Origin: Eutreptiella sp. 'Long Island Sound 2002'
Taxonomy: Eukaryota; Protista; Euglenida
Length of the DNA stretch: 64,000 bases
Direction: 5' to 3'
Assembly (NCBI GenBank): GCA_964036045.1
Contig: OZ038378.1
Coordinates: forward strand, 5,828,001-5,892,000
The translations under genes and the position numbers were made by a program. Positions within the stretch are counted from its first letter, which is position 1. Each line of letters opens with the position of its first letter. The notes below the pieces were generated by a model that did not search any database, had not been told where the DNA came from, and saw only the letters and a list, made by a program, of their open reading frames with translations. Of this stretch, positions 48,777 through 61,007 are shown in pieces.

Positions 48777-51178
48777 AGTTTGCTCATGGATGGACTCGCT
48801 GTATCAGACGAGTGTGTACCTCCTGCATTGAAGTGGCGTATATCGGATGAGAAGATGTCCAGACGGGCATTCCAGCGACAGCCTTTAGTACGCAATCGGT
48901 GAGCGTGTGCTAATGATTATTTGCACACATCCAAGAGTCATCGCAATGAAGTAATTCAAGGGAAGACTCTGGTGTGGCATGCATGCACACACCCTGTGAC
49001 GCTACTGCTGCTTGCCAATATCGTGAGATATGCAGCAGGCTATCGTGGGTTCATGAATTGCGTCGATTCCGAGCAGCTACTGATTAGGGCAGACACAAGG
49101 GATAGACGTGGCTGCAGAATCTAAAGATTGTGAGAGTTTCACGTGTCGTAAACTCAATGTTTCTTGTTGAACGGGTGGGGCAGACAAAGACAAGCTGGTG
49201 TGGCCTGCTCACCAGTCTAGACAACCCTTGAAGGTGCACAGCTGTCCAATGCTACGATGATCCCACAAATGACTGCGGTAGCGGATCTGACACATAGTGC
49301 AGGATGAGCTGACTCTGACACCAGATTCTGCAGTTGGAAACCACCACACAGCATGCACAAAAGAGTGTAGGCTGAGAAAGATAGCGGAGTCCATAGCCTG
49401 GCGGCACAATGATTTTAAGAATCGAAAACCAAAGTTTCGCTCACCGTAACCAGACTTCACTGTCCTGGTTTCACTGCCAGACAAGAAGGCGACAACAATG
49501 ATGATCCATTGCAGGGCAAACAACGAACCCGACTTGGTAAAACAGCCATAACCTTAAGCAAATGAACTCTGTCACAGAAAGGAGATTGGTTTTTGGCCCA
49601 GACAAAGATGAGCTGGTGTAGCCTGCTCACCATATGGTATTCGAGATAAACCTCTTGGAATCAAGGTTCAGACCTGTCCAGTTCTACGATGATCCCACAA
49701 TGGCTGTGGTGGCGCATCTGACAGGTAGTGAGGATCAGCTGAATCTGAAACCAGGTGATGGAAGTGGGAAACTCTGTCACAGAAAGTATATTCCGCTGCT
49801 GCAAGAACATAAAACATCCATGGAACATGGAACAAACAACAGTACAGGGACATCGCACGAATGAACAAAGGAACTTTGTTCAGCAAAATTCTCTACGATA
49901 TATAACAATCACCTCTGAATGCATAAGCCTTTTGGAAACTACTATTGTGACTCTTTGTCGAGAGCCTATGGTGTTTTGTGTAACCGACTGACAAATGGAA
50001 CAAGAAGCAACAAATACTTTTTGATGTTGACGTACACTCAAATTGCACAAAACTATCACGTTGTGGTGCTCGCTCATCCAACAATATAAAACCCAAAAGA
50101 ATGACGAGATAGATGGCAAAACAGGGATTCAAAAAAGTATACACACTTACTTTTGAAGGAATCCTGTGGTGGAGTGAGGAACTTCACAGTGGCGTAGAAA
50201 CTGGTCGTGGGTGCTAACACTGACCTGTTTATCTTACTCATGGGCAAAGGTAAACTCGGTCCTTGTGCCAGCTCGCTGCCTTGGGCACCGGTGTTCCAGA
50301 CAACAGTCTGCCCTCTGGCGTTTGCGTGGCACAGAATCTACCTGGGACCACGTTGTCTACCTTCCCCAACAACGATCAAACTTTTGTGGGCGGCGTGCAA
50401 AATGGGGTGGGAGAAACGTGTTTGCACGCAGGGGCAGGTTGCTGCAGCCCCGCCCTCAGACCCTCCCAAACCTCCCCTTCAGGGCTTGCATGACATGTCA
50501 CACCCACGACCCAAAGGGACCCTGGCTCCTTTCTGGGGCATATGAAGCAACGGACACTGAGCTACCGTATGCCCCCGGGTCGGCTTGAAACCAGTTCTGA
50601 ATGTTGCCTTGAGTTCGCCCTGTGAGCTATGGAATGTTTCATGAATGGGATCTGGTCAGACGGCAAGGCCTCTTGGGAGTTCTGAATGAGCATTAGCCTT
50701 TGTCATGAGAAACCGTTCCTCCATGATTGTCATTGTTGGTTTCACTGATCTTCGACCTCGCAATGACAGTATCATTGAACGCCCCTGAGCCCTGCAACCG
50801 CGCGGGCACCATCCACACACCCTGTGCACTGTTGGGCTAAAAGCTCGGCCAATGCGCTCTCCTCGGAAGCCCTCAAAATGGGGTCCCTTGCAGCGCTCCA
50901 GAGCTGGCAATAAATGGATGGTTTTGGAGTGGGGTCTTGGTACAACCCCAATGTACGCATGGCGTGCACGCCGCATGCGCACCCTGTTTGCTACTACCGC
51001 AATGAATTGTGTCAGTGCCCAGAGCTGTGGCTTATTCCTCATGCAAGCCCCCCCCCCCCCCCCAACGCCCCGAGTCGGCAAACCTGGCGGCCAACGAGTC
51101 GGCGAGCGAGTCGGCGGCGCGTTTTACCCAACTTGGAGGGCGGGATCAAAATTCTGGAGGTTGGCACAAAGAAAAGCC

Positions 51179-51497
51179 TTTTTTTTTTTTTGATCAAATA
51201 GGCCAGTTCATAATGTGCCATGGGCCACTGCGGGCCAAGTTCAATGCAGAGTACGGATTTCGGCAATGCCACGGTGTGCATACGGGCTGCAGCTCACGAC
51301 TGGGCCCCCATGGTTTCCCGTTGAGGTGGTAGTGGTCATGTCAGTGGAATTTCCCACTCGTTTGAATCCCAGAGCGTTTTGTGTCGTTTTGGTAGGGGTT
51401 GCAATGGGACCTCCCACAAGGTGGGGTCCCATTGTTCCCGTGGCCGTTTCAGTATGAGGTATATTGTCTGTCGTGCTTGTCGGGTGGTGTTCCAGTA
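51179..51497 (-). mobile_element. 319-bp 5'-truncated LINE 3' end with poly(A) and 15-bp TSD (unit 2)
   Basis: TSD GCACAAAGAAAAGCC at 51164-51178 and 51498-51512; T13 on plus; ORF tail YWNTTRQARQ...WEIPLT*; empty site in units 1 and 4. Confidence 0.93.
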
Positions 51498-54047
51498 GCA
51501 CAAAGAAAAGCCTATTATGCGGTGTTAGCTGTGTAGTTATCATTCCATTTTGCATGGCATTCCTCAATCAGTGCTGCACCCAAAATTTTGGTTTTTGGCA
51601 GCTTCACCGAATTTCGCTCACTCGTTGGGCCCCTCATCGACTCGGGCGGGGAGTTTGCTCATGGATGGACTCGCTGTATCAGACGAGTGTGTACCTCCTG
51701 CATGGAAGTGGCGTATATCGGATGAGAAGATGTCCAGACGGGCATTCCAGCGACAGCCTTTAGTACGCAATCGGTGAGCGTGTGCTAATGATTATTTGCG
51801 CACATCCAAGAGTCATCGCAATGAAGTAATTCAAGGGAAGACTCTGGTGTGGCATGCATGCACACACCCTGTAACGCTACTGCTGCTTGCCAATATCGTG
51901 AGATATGCAACAGGCTATCGTGGGTTCATGAATTGCGTCGATTCCGAGTAGCTACTGATTAGGGCAGACACAAGGGATAGACGTGGCTGCAGAATCTAAA
52001 GATTGTGAGAGTTTCACGTGTCGTAAACTCAATGTTTCTTGTTGAAGGGGTGGGGCAGACAAAGACAAGCTGGTGTGGCCTGCTCACCAGTCTAGACAAC
52101 CCTTGAAGGTGCACAGCTGTCCAATGCTACGATGATCCCACAAATGACTGTAGCGGATCTGACACATAGTGCAGGATGAGCTGACTCTGACACCAGATTC
52201 TGCAGTTGGAAACCACCACACAGCATGCACAAAAGAGTGTAGGCTGAGAAAGATAGCGGAGTCCATAGCCTGGCGGCACAATGATTTTAAGAATCGAAAA
52301 CCAAAGTTTCGCTCACCGTAACCAGACTTCACTGTCCTGGTTTCACTGCCAGACAAGAAGGCGACAACAATGATGATCCATTGCAGGGCAAACAACGAAC
52401 CCGACTTGGTAAAACAGCCATAACCTTAAGCAAATGAACTCTGTCACAGAAAGGAGATTGGTTTTTGGCCCAGACAAAGATGAGCTGGTGTAGCCTGCTC
52501 ACCATATGGTATTCGAGATAAACCTCTTGGAATCAAGGTTCAGACCTGTCCAGTTCTACGATGATCCCACAATGGCTGTGGTGGCGCATCTGACAGGTAG
52601 TGAGGATCAGCTGAATCTGAAACCAGGTGATGGAAGTGGGAAATTCTGTCACAGAAAGTATATTCCGCTGCTGCAAGAACATAAAACATCCATGGAACAT
52701 GGAACAAACAACAGTACAGGGACATCGCACGAATGAACAAAGGAACTTTGTTCAGCAAAATTCTCTACGATATATAACAATCACCTCTGAATGCATAAGC
52801 CTTTTGGAAACTACTATTGTGACTCTTTGTCGAGAGCCTATGGTGTTTTGTGTAACCGACTGACAAATGGAACAAGAAGCAACAAATACTTTTTGATGTT
52901 GACGTACACTCAAATTGCACAAAACTATCACGTTGTGGTGCTCGCTCATCCAACAATATAAAACCCAAAAGAATGACGAGATAGATGGCAAAACAGGGAT
53001 TCAAAAAAGTATACACACTTTTGAAGGAATCCTGTGGTGGAGTGAGGAACTTCACAGTGGCGTAGAAACTGGTCGTGGGTGCTAACACTGACCTGTTTAT
53101 CTTACTCATGGGCAAAGGTAAACTCGGTCCTTGTGCCAGCTCGCTGCCTTGGGCACCGGTGTTCCAGACAACAGTCTGCCCTCTGGCGTTTGCGTGGCAC
53201 AGAATCTACCTGGGACCACGTTGTCTACCTTCCCCAACAACGATCAAACTTTTGTGGGCGGCGTGCAAAATGGGGTGGGAGAAACGTGTTTGCACGCAGG
53301 GGCAGGTTGCTGCAGCCCCGCCCTCAGACCCTCCCAAACCTCCCCTTCAGGGCTTGCATGACATGTCACACCCACGACCCAAAGGGACCCTGGCTCCTTT
53401 CTGGGGCATATGAAGCAACGGACACTGAGCTACCGTATGCCCCCGGGTCGGCTTGAAACCAGTTCTGAATGTTGCCTTGAGTTCGCCCTGTGAGCTATGG
53501 AATGTTTCATGAATGGGATCTGGTCAGACGGCAAGGCCTCTTGGGAGTTCTGAATGAGCATTAGCCTTTGTCATGAGAAACCGTTCCTCCATGATTGTCA
53601 TTGTTGGTTTCACTGATCTTCGACCTCGCAATGACAGTATCATTGAACGCCCCTGAGCCCTGCAACCGCGCGGGCACCATCCACACACCCTGTGCACTGT
53701 TGGGCTAAAAGCTCGGCCAATGCTCTCTCCTCGGAAGCCCTCAAAATGGGGTCCCTTGCAGCGCTCCAGAGCTGGCAATAAATGGATGGTTTTGGAGTGG
53801 GGTCTTGGTACAACCCCAATGTACGCATGGCGTGCACGCCGCATGCGCACCCTGTTTGCTACTACCGCAATGAATTGTGTCAGTGCCCAGAGCTGTGGCT
53901 TATTCCTCATGCAAGCCCCCCCCCCCCCCCCCCACGCCCCGAGTCGGCAAACCTGGCGGCCAACGAGTCGGCGAGCGAGTCGGCGGCGCGTTTTACCCAA
54001 CTTGGAGGGCGGGATCAAAATTCTGGAGGTTGGCACAAAGAAAAGCC

Positions 54048-54366
54048 TTTTTTTTTTTTTGATCAAATAGGCCAGTTCATAATGTGCCATGGGCCACTGC
54101 GGGCCAAGTTCAATGCAGAGTACGGATTTCGGCAATGCCACGGTGTGCATACGGGCTGCAGCTCACGACTGGGCCCCCATGGTTTCCTGTTGAGGTGGTA
54201 GTGGTCATGTCAGTGGAATTTCCCACTCGTTTGAATCCCAGAGCGTTTTGTGTCGTTTTGGTAGGGGTTGCAATGGGACCTCCCACAAGGTGGGGTCCCA
54301 TTGTTCCCGTGGCCGTTTCAGTATGAGGTATATTGTCTGTCGTGCTTGTCGGGTGGTGTTCCAGTA
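54048..54366 (-). mobile_element. Same LINE fragment in unit 3
   Basis: Same position, TSD and poly(A) as in unit 2. Confidence 0.93.
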
Positions 54367-55788
54367 GCACAAAGAAAAGCCTATTATGCGGTGTTAGCTG
54401 TGTAGTTATCATTCCATTTTGCATGGCATTCCTCAATCAGTGCTGCACCCAAAATTTTGGTTTTTGGCAGCTTCACCGAATTTCGCTCACTCGTTGGGCC
54501 CCTCATCGACTCGGGCGGGGAAGTTGCTCATGGATGGACTCGCTGTATCAGACGAGTGTGTACCTCCTGCATGGAAGTGGCGTATATCGGATGAGAAGAT
54601 GTCCAGACGGGCATTCCAGCGACAGCCTTTAGTACGCAATCGGTGAGCGTGTGCTAATGATTATTTGCGCACACCCAAGAGTCATCGCAATGAAGTAATT
54701 CAAGGGAAGACTCTGGTGTGGCATGCATGCACACACCCTGTGACGCTACTGCTGCTTGCCAATATCGTGAGATATGCAGCAGGCTATCGTGGGTTCATGA
54801 ATTGCGTCGATTCCGAGTAGCTACTGATTAGGGCAGACACAAGGGATAGACGTGGCTGCAGAATCTAAAGATTGTGAGAGTTTCACGTGTCGTAAACTCA
54901 ATGTTTCTTGTTGAAGGGGTGGGGCAGACAAAGACAAGCTGGTGTGGCCTGCTCACCAGTCTAGACAACCCTTGAAGGTGCACAGCTGTCCAATGCTACG
55001 ATGATCCCACAAATGACTGTAGCGGATCTGACACATAGTGCAGGATGAGCTGACTCTGACACCAGATTCTGCAGTTGGAAACCACCACACAGCATGCACA
55101 AAAGAGTGTAGGCTGAGAAAGATAGCGGAGTCCATAGCCTGGCGGCACAATGATTTTAAGAATCGAAAACCAAAGTTTCGCTCACCGTAACCAGACTTCA
55201 CTGTCCTGGTTTCACTGCCAGACAAGAAGGCGACAACAATGATGATCCATTGCAGGGCAAACAACGAACCCGACTTGGTAAAACAGCCATAACCTTAAGC
55301 AAATGAACTCTGTCACAGAAAGGAGATTGGTTTTTGGCCCAGACAAAGATGAGCTGGTGTAGCCTGCTCACCATATGGTATTCGAGATAAACCTCTTGGA
55401 ATCAAGGTTCAGACCTGTCCAGTTCTACGATGATCCCACAATGGCTGTGGTGGCGCATCTGACAGGTAGTGAGGATCAGCTGAGTCTGAAACCAGGTGAT
55501 GGAAGTGGGAAACTCTGTCACAGAAAGTATATTCCGCTGCTGCAAGAACATAAAACATCCATGGAACATGGAACAAACAACAGTACAGGGACATCGCACG
55601 AATGAACAAAGGAACTTTGTTCAGCAAAATTCTCTACGATATATAACAATCACCTCTGAATGCATAAGCCTTTTGGAAACTACTATTGTGACTCTTTGTC
55701 GAGAGCCTATGGTGTTTTGTGTAACCGACTGACAAATGGAACAAGAAGCAACAAATACTTTTTGATGTTGACGTACACTCAAATTGCA

Positions 55789-56569
55789 CCCCCCCCCGCC
55801 CCTTGTATAAGCTACATCAATGTACGGAATTATTACGGTCCCTACGCCCACTGTAGCTTGGACAAGGGCGTAGCTTGCGCTCAACACATACAACTACTAG
55901 CACACACGTGCGCATGCGCATGGTATGAGTGCACCTTGACCTCTGCCCACATTTCCAAGAGCATGCAAACACAAGAAAGCCTTGGGAACATGAAAATTTC
56001 AGGTTCACACCCATGTTGGCACAAGCAATGAAGGATGCGAAGCCTACAAATGTTCGGCTTGGAAACCCTTCTTGCGATTATGCACCATGCGGAACAATTG
56101 CACATGCTCACCACTTGAAGATGCCTGAACTTGATTCTTGGGACGGGGGCACAAGGGTGTGTGACCATCTGCCCATCCTTCATGTACCCCAACACCGCAA
56201 ATTGCCCCCTCTTGTCCAATGGCGTTCATTGTACCATCCACACGGTCACCGGTGGAACATGTGAAAATAGCTGGACGCGCAGGTTCAAAAAGAGAAGATC
56301 GCATGGTGTGCGGATGCAAGAAAGGGGAATATAAAACACAAATATCCCCAAATTCATAGTCTGATTCATAGCCATGTGGGTTGAAGTGGGCAAAGACTCA
56401 CAAATGTGTCCTTGGCTCCATGTAATTGGCAAGCGTGACGACAAACCCATGTCTTATGTGGCCGCAGTACATCTTGTACGTAATTAAAACTACGCACAGA
56501 ATTCTTACGGTCCCTAAACCTATTGTAGCTTGGACAAGGGCGTAGCTTATACAAGGGGGGGGGGGGGGG
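55789..56569. mobile_element. 781-bp non-autonomous element with TIRs and terminal direct repeats, 0-1 bp TSD (unit 4 only)
   Basis: TIR CCCCTTGTATAAGCTAC / GTAGCTTATACAAGGGG; empty site TTGCA^CAAAACT in units 1-3. Confidence 0.9.
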
Positions 56570-58401
56570 CAAAACTATCACGTTGTGGTGCTCGCTCATC
56601 CAACAATATAAAACCCAAAAGAATGACGAGATAGATGGCAAAACAGGGATTCAAAAAAGTATACACACTTACTTTTGAAGGAATCCTGTGGTGGAGTGAG
56701 GAACTTCACAGTGGCATAGAAACTGGTCGTGGGTGCTAACACTGACCTGTTTATCTTACTCATGGGCAAAGGTAAACTCGGTCCTTGTGCCAGCTCGCTG
56801 CCTTGGGCACCGGTGTTCCAGACAACAGTCTGCCCTCTGGCGTTTGCGTGGCACAGAATCTACCTGGGACCACGTTGTCTACCTTCCCCAACAACGATCA
56901 AACTTTTGTGGGCGGCGTGCAAAATGGGGTGGGAGAAACGTGTTTGCACGCAGGGGCAGGTTGCTGCAGCCCCGCCCTCAGACCCTCCCAAACCCCCCCT
57001 TCAGGGCTTGCATGACATGTCACACCCACGACCCAAAGGGACCCTGGCTCCTTTCTGGGGCATATGAAGCAACGGACACTGAGCTACCGTATGCCCCCGG
57101 GTCGGCTTGAAACCAGTTCTGAATGTTGCCTTGAGTTCGCCCTGTGAGCTATGGAATGTTTCATGAATGGGATCTGGTCAGACGGCAAGGCCTCTTGGGA
57201 GTTCTGAATGAGCATTAGCCTTTGTCATGAGAAACCGTTCCTCCATGATTGTCATTGTTGGTTTCACTGATCTTCGACCTCCCAATGACAGTATCATTGA
57301 ACGCCCCTGAGCCCTGCGACCGCGCGGGCACCATCCACACACCCTGTGCACTGTTGGGCTAAAAGCTCGGCCAATGCGCTCTCCTCGGAAGCCCTCAAAA
57401 TGGGGTCCCTTGCAGCGCTCCAGAGCTGGCAATAAATGGATGGTTTTGGAGTGGGGTCTTGGTACAACCCCAATGTACGCATGGCGTGCACGCCGCATGC
57501 GCACCCTGTTTGCTACTACCGCAATGAATTGTGTCAGTGCCCAGAGCTGTGGCTTATTCCTCATGCAAGCCCCCCCCCCCCCCCAACGCCCCGAGTCGGC
57601 AAACCTGGCGGCCAACGAGTCGGCGAGCGAGTCGGCGGCGCGTTTTACCCAACTTGGAGGGCGGGATCAAAATTCTGGAGGTTGGCACAAAGAAAAGCCC
57701 ATTATGCGGCATTAGCTGTGTAGTTATCATTCCATTTTGCATGGCATTCCTCAATCAGCGCTGCACCCAAAAATTTTGGTTTTTGGCAGCTTCACCGAAT
57801 TTCGCTCACTCGTTGGGCCCCTCACCGACTCGGGCGGGGAGTTTGCTCATGGATGGACTCGCTGTATCAGACGAGTGTGTACCTCCTGCATGGAAGTGGC
57901 GTATATCGGATGAGAAGATGTCCAGACGGGCATTCCAGCGACAGCCTTTAGTACGCAATCGGTGAGCGTGTGCTAATGATTATTTGCGCACACCCAAGAG
58001 TCATCGCAATGAAGTAATTCAAGGGAAGACTCTGGTGTGGCATGCATGCACACACCCTGTGACGCTACTGCTGCTTGCCAATATCGTGAGATATGCAGCA
58101 GGCTATCGTGGGTTCATGAATTGCGTCGATTCCGAGTAGCTACTGATTAGGGCAGACGCAAGGGATAGACGTGGCTGCAGAATCTAAAGATTGTGAGAGT
58201 TTCACGTGTCGTAAACTCAATGTTTCTTGTTGAAGGGGTGGGGCAGTTTTTGGGGGCGTCTGTGAGGGGGGGGCAACAAAATTTTCGGGGTTTTGGGGGC
58301 GTCTGTGAGGTCGATGGGCCCTGACGTGGTCTTTGGCTCGCGGCACGGCCCACTGTCAAGGCCCGCAGACCCATCGCCGGTGAAACACAGCCCCGTGAGT
58401 C

Positions 58402-60972
58402 TCACACTCTGAAGAAGGCCCCGTCAGGCGAGGACGCCGCGCGCCCCGCCCCCCGCCTCCGGAGCGGCGAGGACACGGGAGGCAGGTCACTGCCCGCGGC
58501 CTTGGGCTCCGGGCCGCGCTCCGCTTCGTCCGAGTGCTGCGGGGAGTCCAACGCGTACTTGCTACGGCTGCCCGCCGCGTTCATCTCGGCCGCGGGAGCG
58601 CGCGACCCGCTGCGGCGGTGCTGGGTCAGGCCGAAGACCTCCAAAGAGCCCGTCCGGCGCGCAGGGCTCCGCCCCGCCTCCAGCGACGCACTTCGGCTCG
58701 CGGGGCACCTGCCGGGCCTGGGGGTGTCCGGCCCTGCCTTTGGGCGTGTGGCGGGCTGCGAGGCGCTCTGGGCGGAGGGGAGGGACCTCAGCCTGAAGCC
58801 ACTGCGGCCCTGCGTGAGGGCCTTGGCCACCGAAGTTGGGCTGCAGTGGCGCGGTGGCCCGTCCGCGGCGGGGGTCGGCCTCGACTCCGGCGTCGGAGGT
58901 GAGCGGGAGCGGGGCAACGCAGGGGAGGAGGGGAGGGACGTGCACGGGACGGCCACGCTGGTGCCGACGTTGAAGGTTAGCGGGCTGCGGCCCCTGCTCC
59001 CGCTGTTGGCCATCACCAGGGCGTGTTGGGGCGACCCGCTGATGGAGAGCGCGCGGCACACTGTGGGGCTGGTGGTGGCGGAGAGGGCGTGGCCGGTGGT
59101 CTGCAGGTGGCAGACGGCGGCCACGGGGGAGCCGGACGGCGTGCCACTGCCTCCGGATTGGGGCGACCAAGCGCCGGTAGGGGCGGTCGGGCTCAAGCTG
59201 AGGTGGGAAAAGGGCTGCTCCCGGAAGGACTTGTCCGCAGAGGCGCGGGACAGAGCGCGGGGTCTAGAGGCGGATGGGCTGGTGGCAGTTCGGTCGGCAG
59301 CAGCCATGGCCCTGCCCATGACGGACTGGCGGAGGACCGTGCAGGTGGACATTAAGATCCGTTGCCGCCGCTGCACAAGCATCAGCTGCTTCTCCTGCCA
59401 GCGATGCAGGGCCTGGACTGCCCGCTGCTCACTGTTGGGGATGTGGCTCCGGCCGTTGCACTTCGGAGAGCGCGGGCGCGGCATCCTTTGGATCGCTTGC
59501 GCAACGCAGTCGACTTGTTCCGCGAACTCCCGGAGCTGCCAACCGTCGGCCGGCTCCACGCAATCGGAAAGCGCGCGAATGGCGGCGGATATGTCTTGGT
59601 CCGGCGCGTGGGCTCGGGCAAGCGAAACGCCGCACTTGGCGCAGAGGGCGCCGCTCGTCTCCTCCGTTTGCACGGGGGAGGGCCGTTGGTTTTCCTCAGT
59701 TTCAGTGCCGATCTCTGTGGATTCGGGCTTCGGGGAATCTGCTCGGGTCTGAGAGGCCCGCAACATGACCCTCAGGGCCTCCACTTGCTGGATGAAGCCC
59801 ATGATTTCCTCGTTCAGCTGGTCATTCTGGCCCTCCAACTCCGCAATTCGTCGGTCATTGCTCTCCACATCCTTCGCCAACAGCTTCGTGACCAGGCCTC
59901 GCAGCTGCCCATTGAGGCCTGCAAAGTTTTCAAGGGCACGATCGAAGCGGGCGTTCGGATCATGAGAGTCGCCAAGAAAAGTGTTCTCAGTGCCCTCCGC
60001 ATGCACTTCCTGGTTGTCTTCTTGCATTGCGCTGAGCGTGTTTGTGAGCATCACGAGCTGTTCTTCCAGCCTGGCAACTTTATGAATCGGAATACTAGGC
60101 TCGGCAGGGGATGGACCTGTGGGGGGATCAGAAGCAGGAGCAGGTGGTGGTCGTGGCGGCATTTCAGGGACGGGTAACTCCGGGAGCTGAGCGCTGCTGA
60201 TATCAGCAATAATGTCGTCCAGTGTCGACTGGATCTTAAACTTGAGGTAAACTTTGGTGGAACGGAAATCGTTCTGAAGCCGCTTCGCCGCCACATGCAA
60301 CGCCGCGTATTGCTGCCCACCCTTTCCGGAAAGAATAAGCAGCTGCTGTTGCATCTCCTTGCACTTGTTCTCGTAATACTTGGCAACTTGCTCCATCTGC
60401 TTCATCCCGGCCTCAGGGTCGCCCTTGCGCCCTCTGGAAGTGCGTTTCTTTGGTTCAGCCTTTTTGGCGGCATCCACCTGAGCCTCAGAGATCTTGAGCT
60501 TCAGGGCCATCGCTTCCATCCCTGCTTCATACTCCTTCAGCTGCAGCTTGAGCTTCATGGAGAGCGAGTCCTTCTCGGCAAGTGACTCTTCGAGCTGGCT
60601 AATCCGCGTCCGTAGCTTCTTCGTGCCCCATTCCTCGCGAATCAGAGTGCTGCAGAGTTGCTCATCCTTCAACTGCAAAAGTTGGTCGACAGTCTGGGAC
60701 TTCGTTTTCCACGATTCCCCTGACGCAGTCGGACTCAGCCCTTGGCTGTCTCGGACTGACTCCAGCTGCAGGTCCCGCATGGCATCGTTTGACAGAAAAC
60801 TGTCTGCAGTGACTTGCCTGGAGGCTTCTTGAAGCGGGGCTTCTGCGCCTTTGCTGGTCTCGGCTGGGCTCTGTTGGATTTCAGTCCCATGGCCTTCGTC
60901 GTGCTGTGCCTCTTCATCGAAGCTTCGACGATCATCGTACACTGATTGCAAAATGGCACCCACACAGAACAT
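58402..60972 (-). CDS. Uncharacterised protein: N-terminal coiled coils, C-terminal S/P/R-rich disordered tail (single exon or terminal exon)
   Basis: ~856 open codons ending in TGA, with heptad-rich E/K/Q/L segments. The start is either ATG 60972 or a splice acceptor at 60998 or 60942. Confidence 0.8.
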   Translation of the reverse strand: MFCVGAILQSVYDDRRSFDEEAQHDEGHGTEIQQSPAETSKGAEAPLQEASRQVTADSFLSNDAMRDLQLESVRDSQGLSPTASGESWKTKSQTVDQLLQLKDEQLCSTLIREEWGTKKLRTRISQLEESLAEKDSLSMKLKLQLKEYEAGMEAMALKLKISEAQVDAAKKAEPKKRTSRGRKGDPEAGMKQMEQVAKYYENKCKEMQQQLLILSGKGGQQYAALHVAAKRLQNDFRSTKVYLKFKIQSTLDDIIADISSAQLPELPVPEMPPRPPPAPASDPPTGPSPAEPSIPIHKVARLEEQLVMLTNTLSAMQEDNQEVHAEGTENTFLGDSHDPNARFDRALENFAGLNGQLRGLVTKLLAKDVESNDRRIAELEGQNDQLNEEIMGFIQQVEALRVMLRASQTRADSPKPESTEIGTETEENQRPSPVQTEETSGALCAKCGVSLARAHAPDQDISAAIRALSDCVEPADGWQLREFAEQVDCVAQAIQRMPRPRSPKCNGRSHIPNSEQRAVQALHRWQEKQLMLVQRRQRILMSTCTVLRQSVMGRAMAAADRTATSPSASRPRALSRASADKSFREQPFSHLSLSPTAPTGAWSPQSGGSGTPSGSPVAAVCHLQTTGHALSATTSPTVCRALSISGSPQHALVMANSGSRGRSPLTFNVGTSVAVPCTSLPSSPALPRSRSPPTPESRPTPAADGPPRHCSPTSVAKALTQGRSGFRLRSLPSAQSASQPATRPKAGPDTPRPGRCPASRSASLEAGRSPARRTGSLEVFGLTQHRRSGSRAPAAEMNAAGSRSKYALDSPQHSDEAERGPEPKAAGSDLPPVSSPLRRRGAGRAASSPDGAFFRV

Positions 60973-61007
60973 TTTGTAGATGACAAAAAAATAGCCACTG
61001 AGAAAGA

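Larger units (their letters stand above)
46731..58246. repeat. Tandem array, ~2.54-kb core unit, ~3.9 copies
   Basis: Unit starts (CGACTTGG) at 46731, 49530, 52402 and 55271; the last copy is truncated at 58246. Copies are near-identical apart from insertions. Confidence 0.97.

Noticed and set aside
46880-49330. Box C/D snoRNA cluster in the tandem unit (TGAT...CTGA patterns)
   Set aside because: C boxes are imperfect, no convincing rRNA complementarity was recognised, CTGA is not clearly enriched, and the conserved CTG triplets fit Leu codons of a decayed ORF. snoscan would settle it.
58502-59752. 416-aa plus-strand ORF and similar long ORFs (368..1864, 3980..5293, 8620..9549)
   Set aside because: These are antisense or off-frame shadows of GC-rich coding or repeat DNA; the YHTIP repeat is just the translated ATGGT microsatellite.
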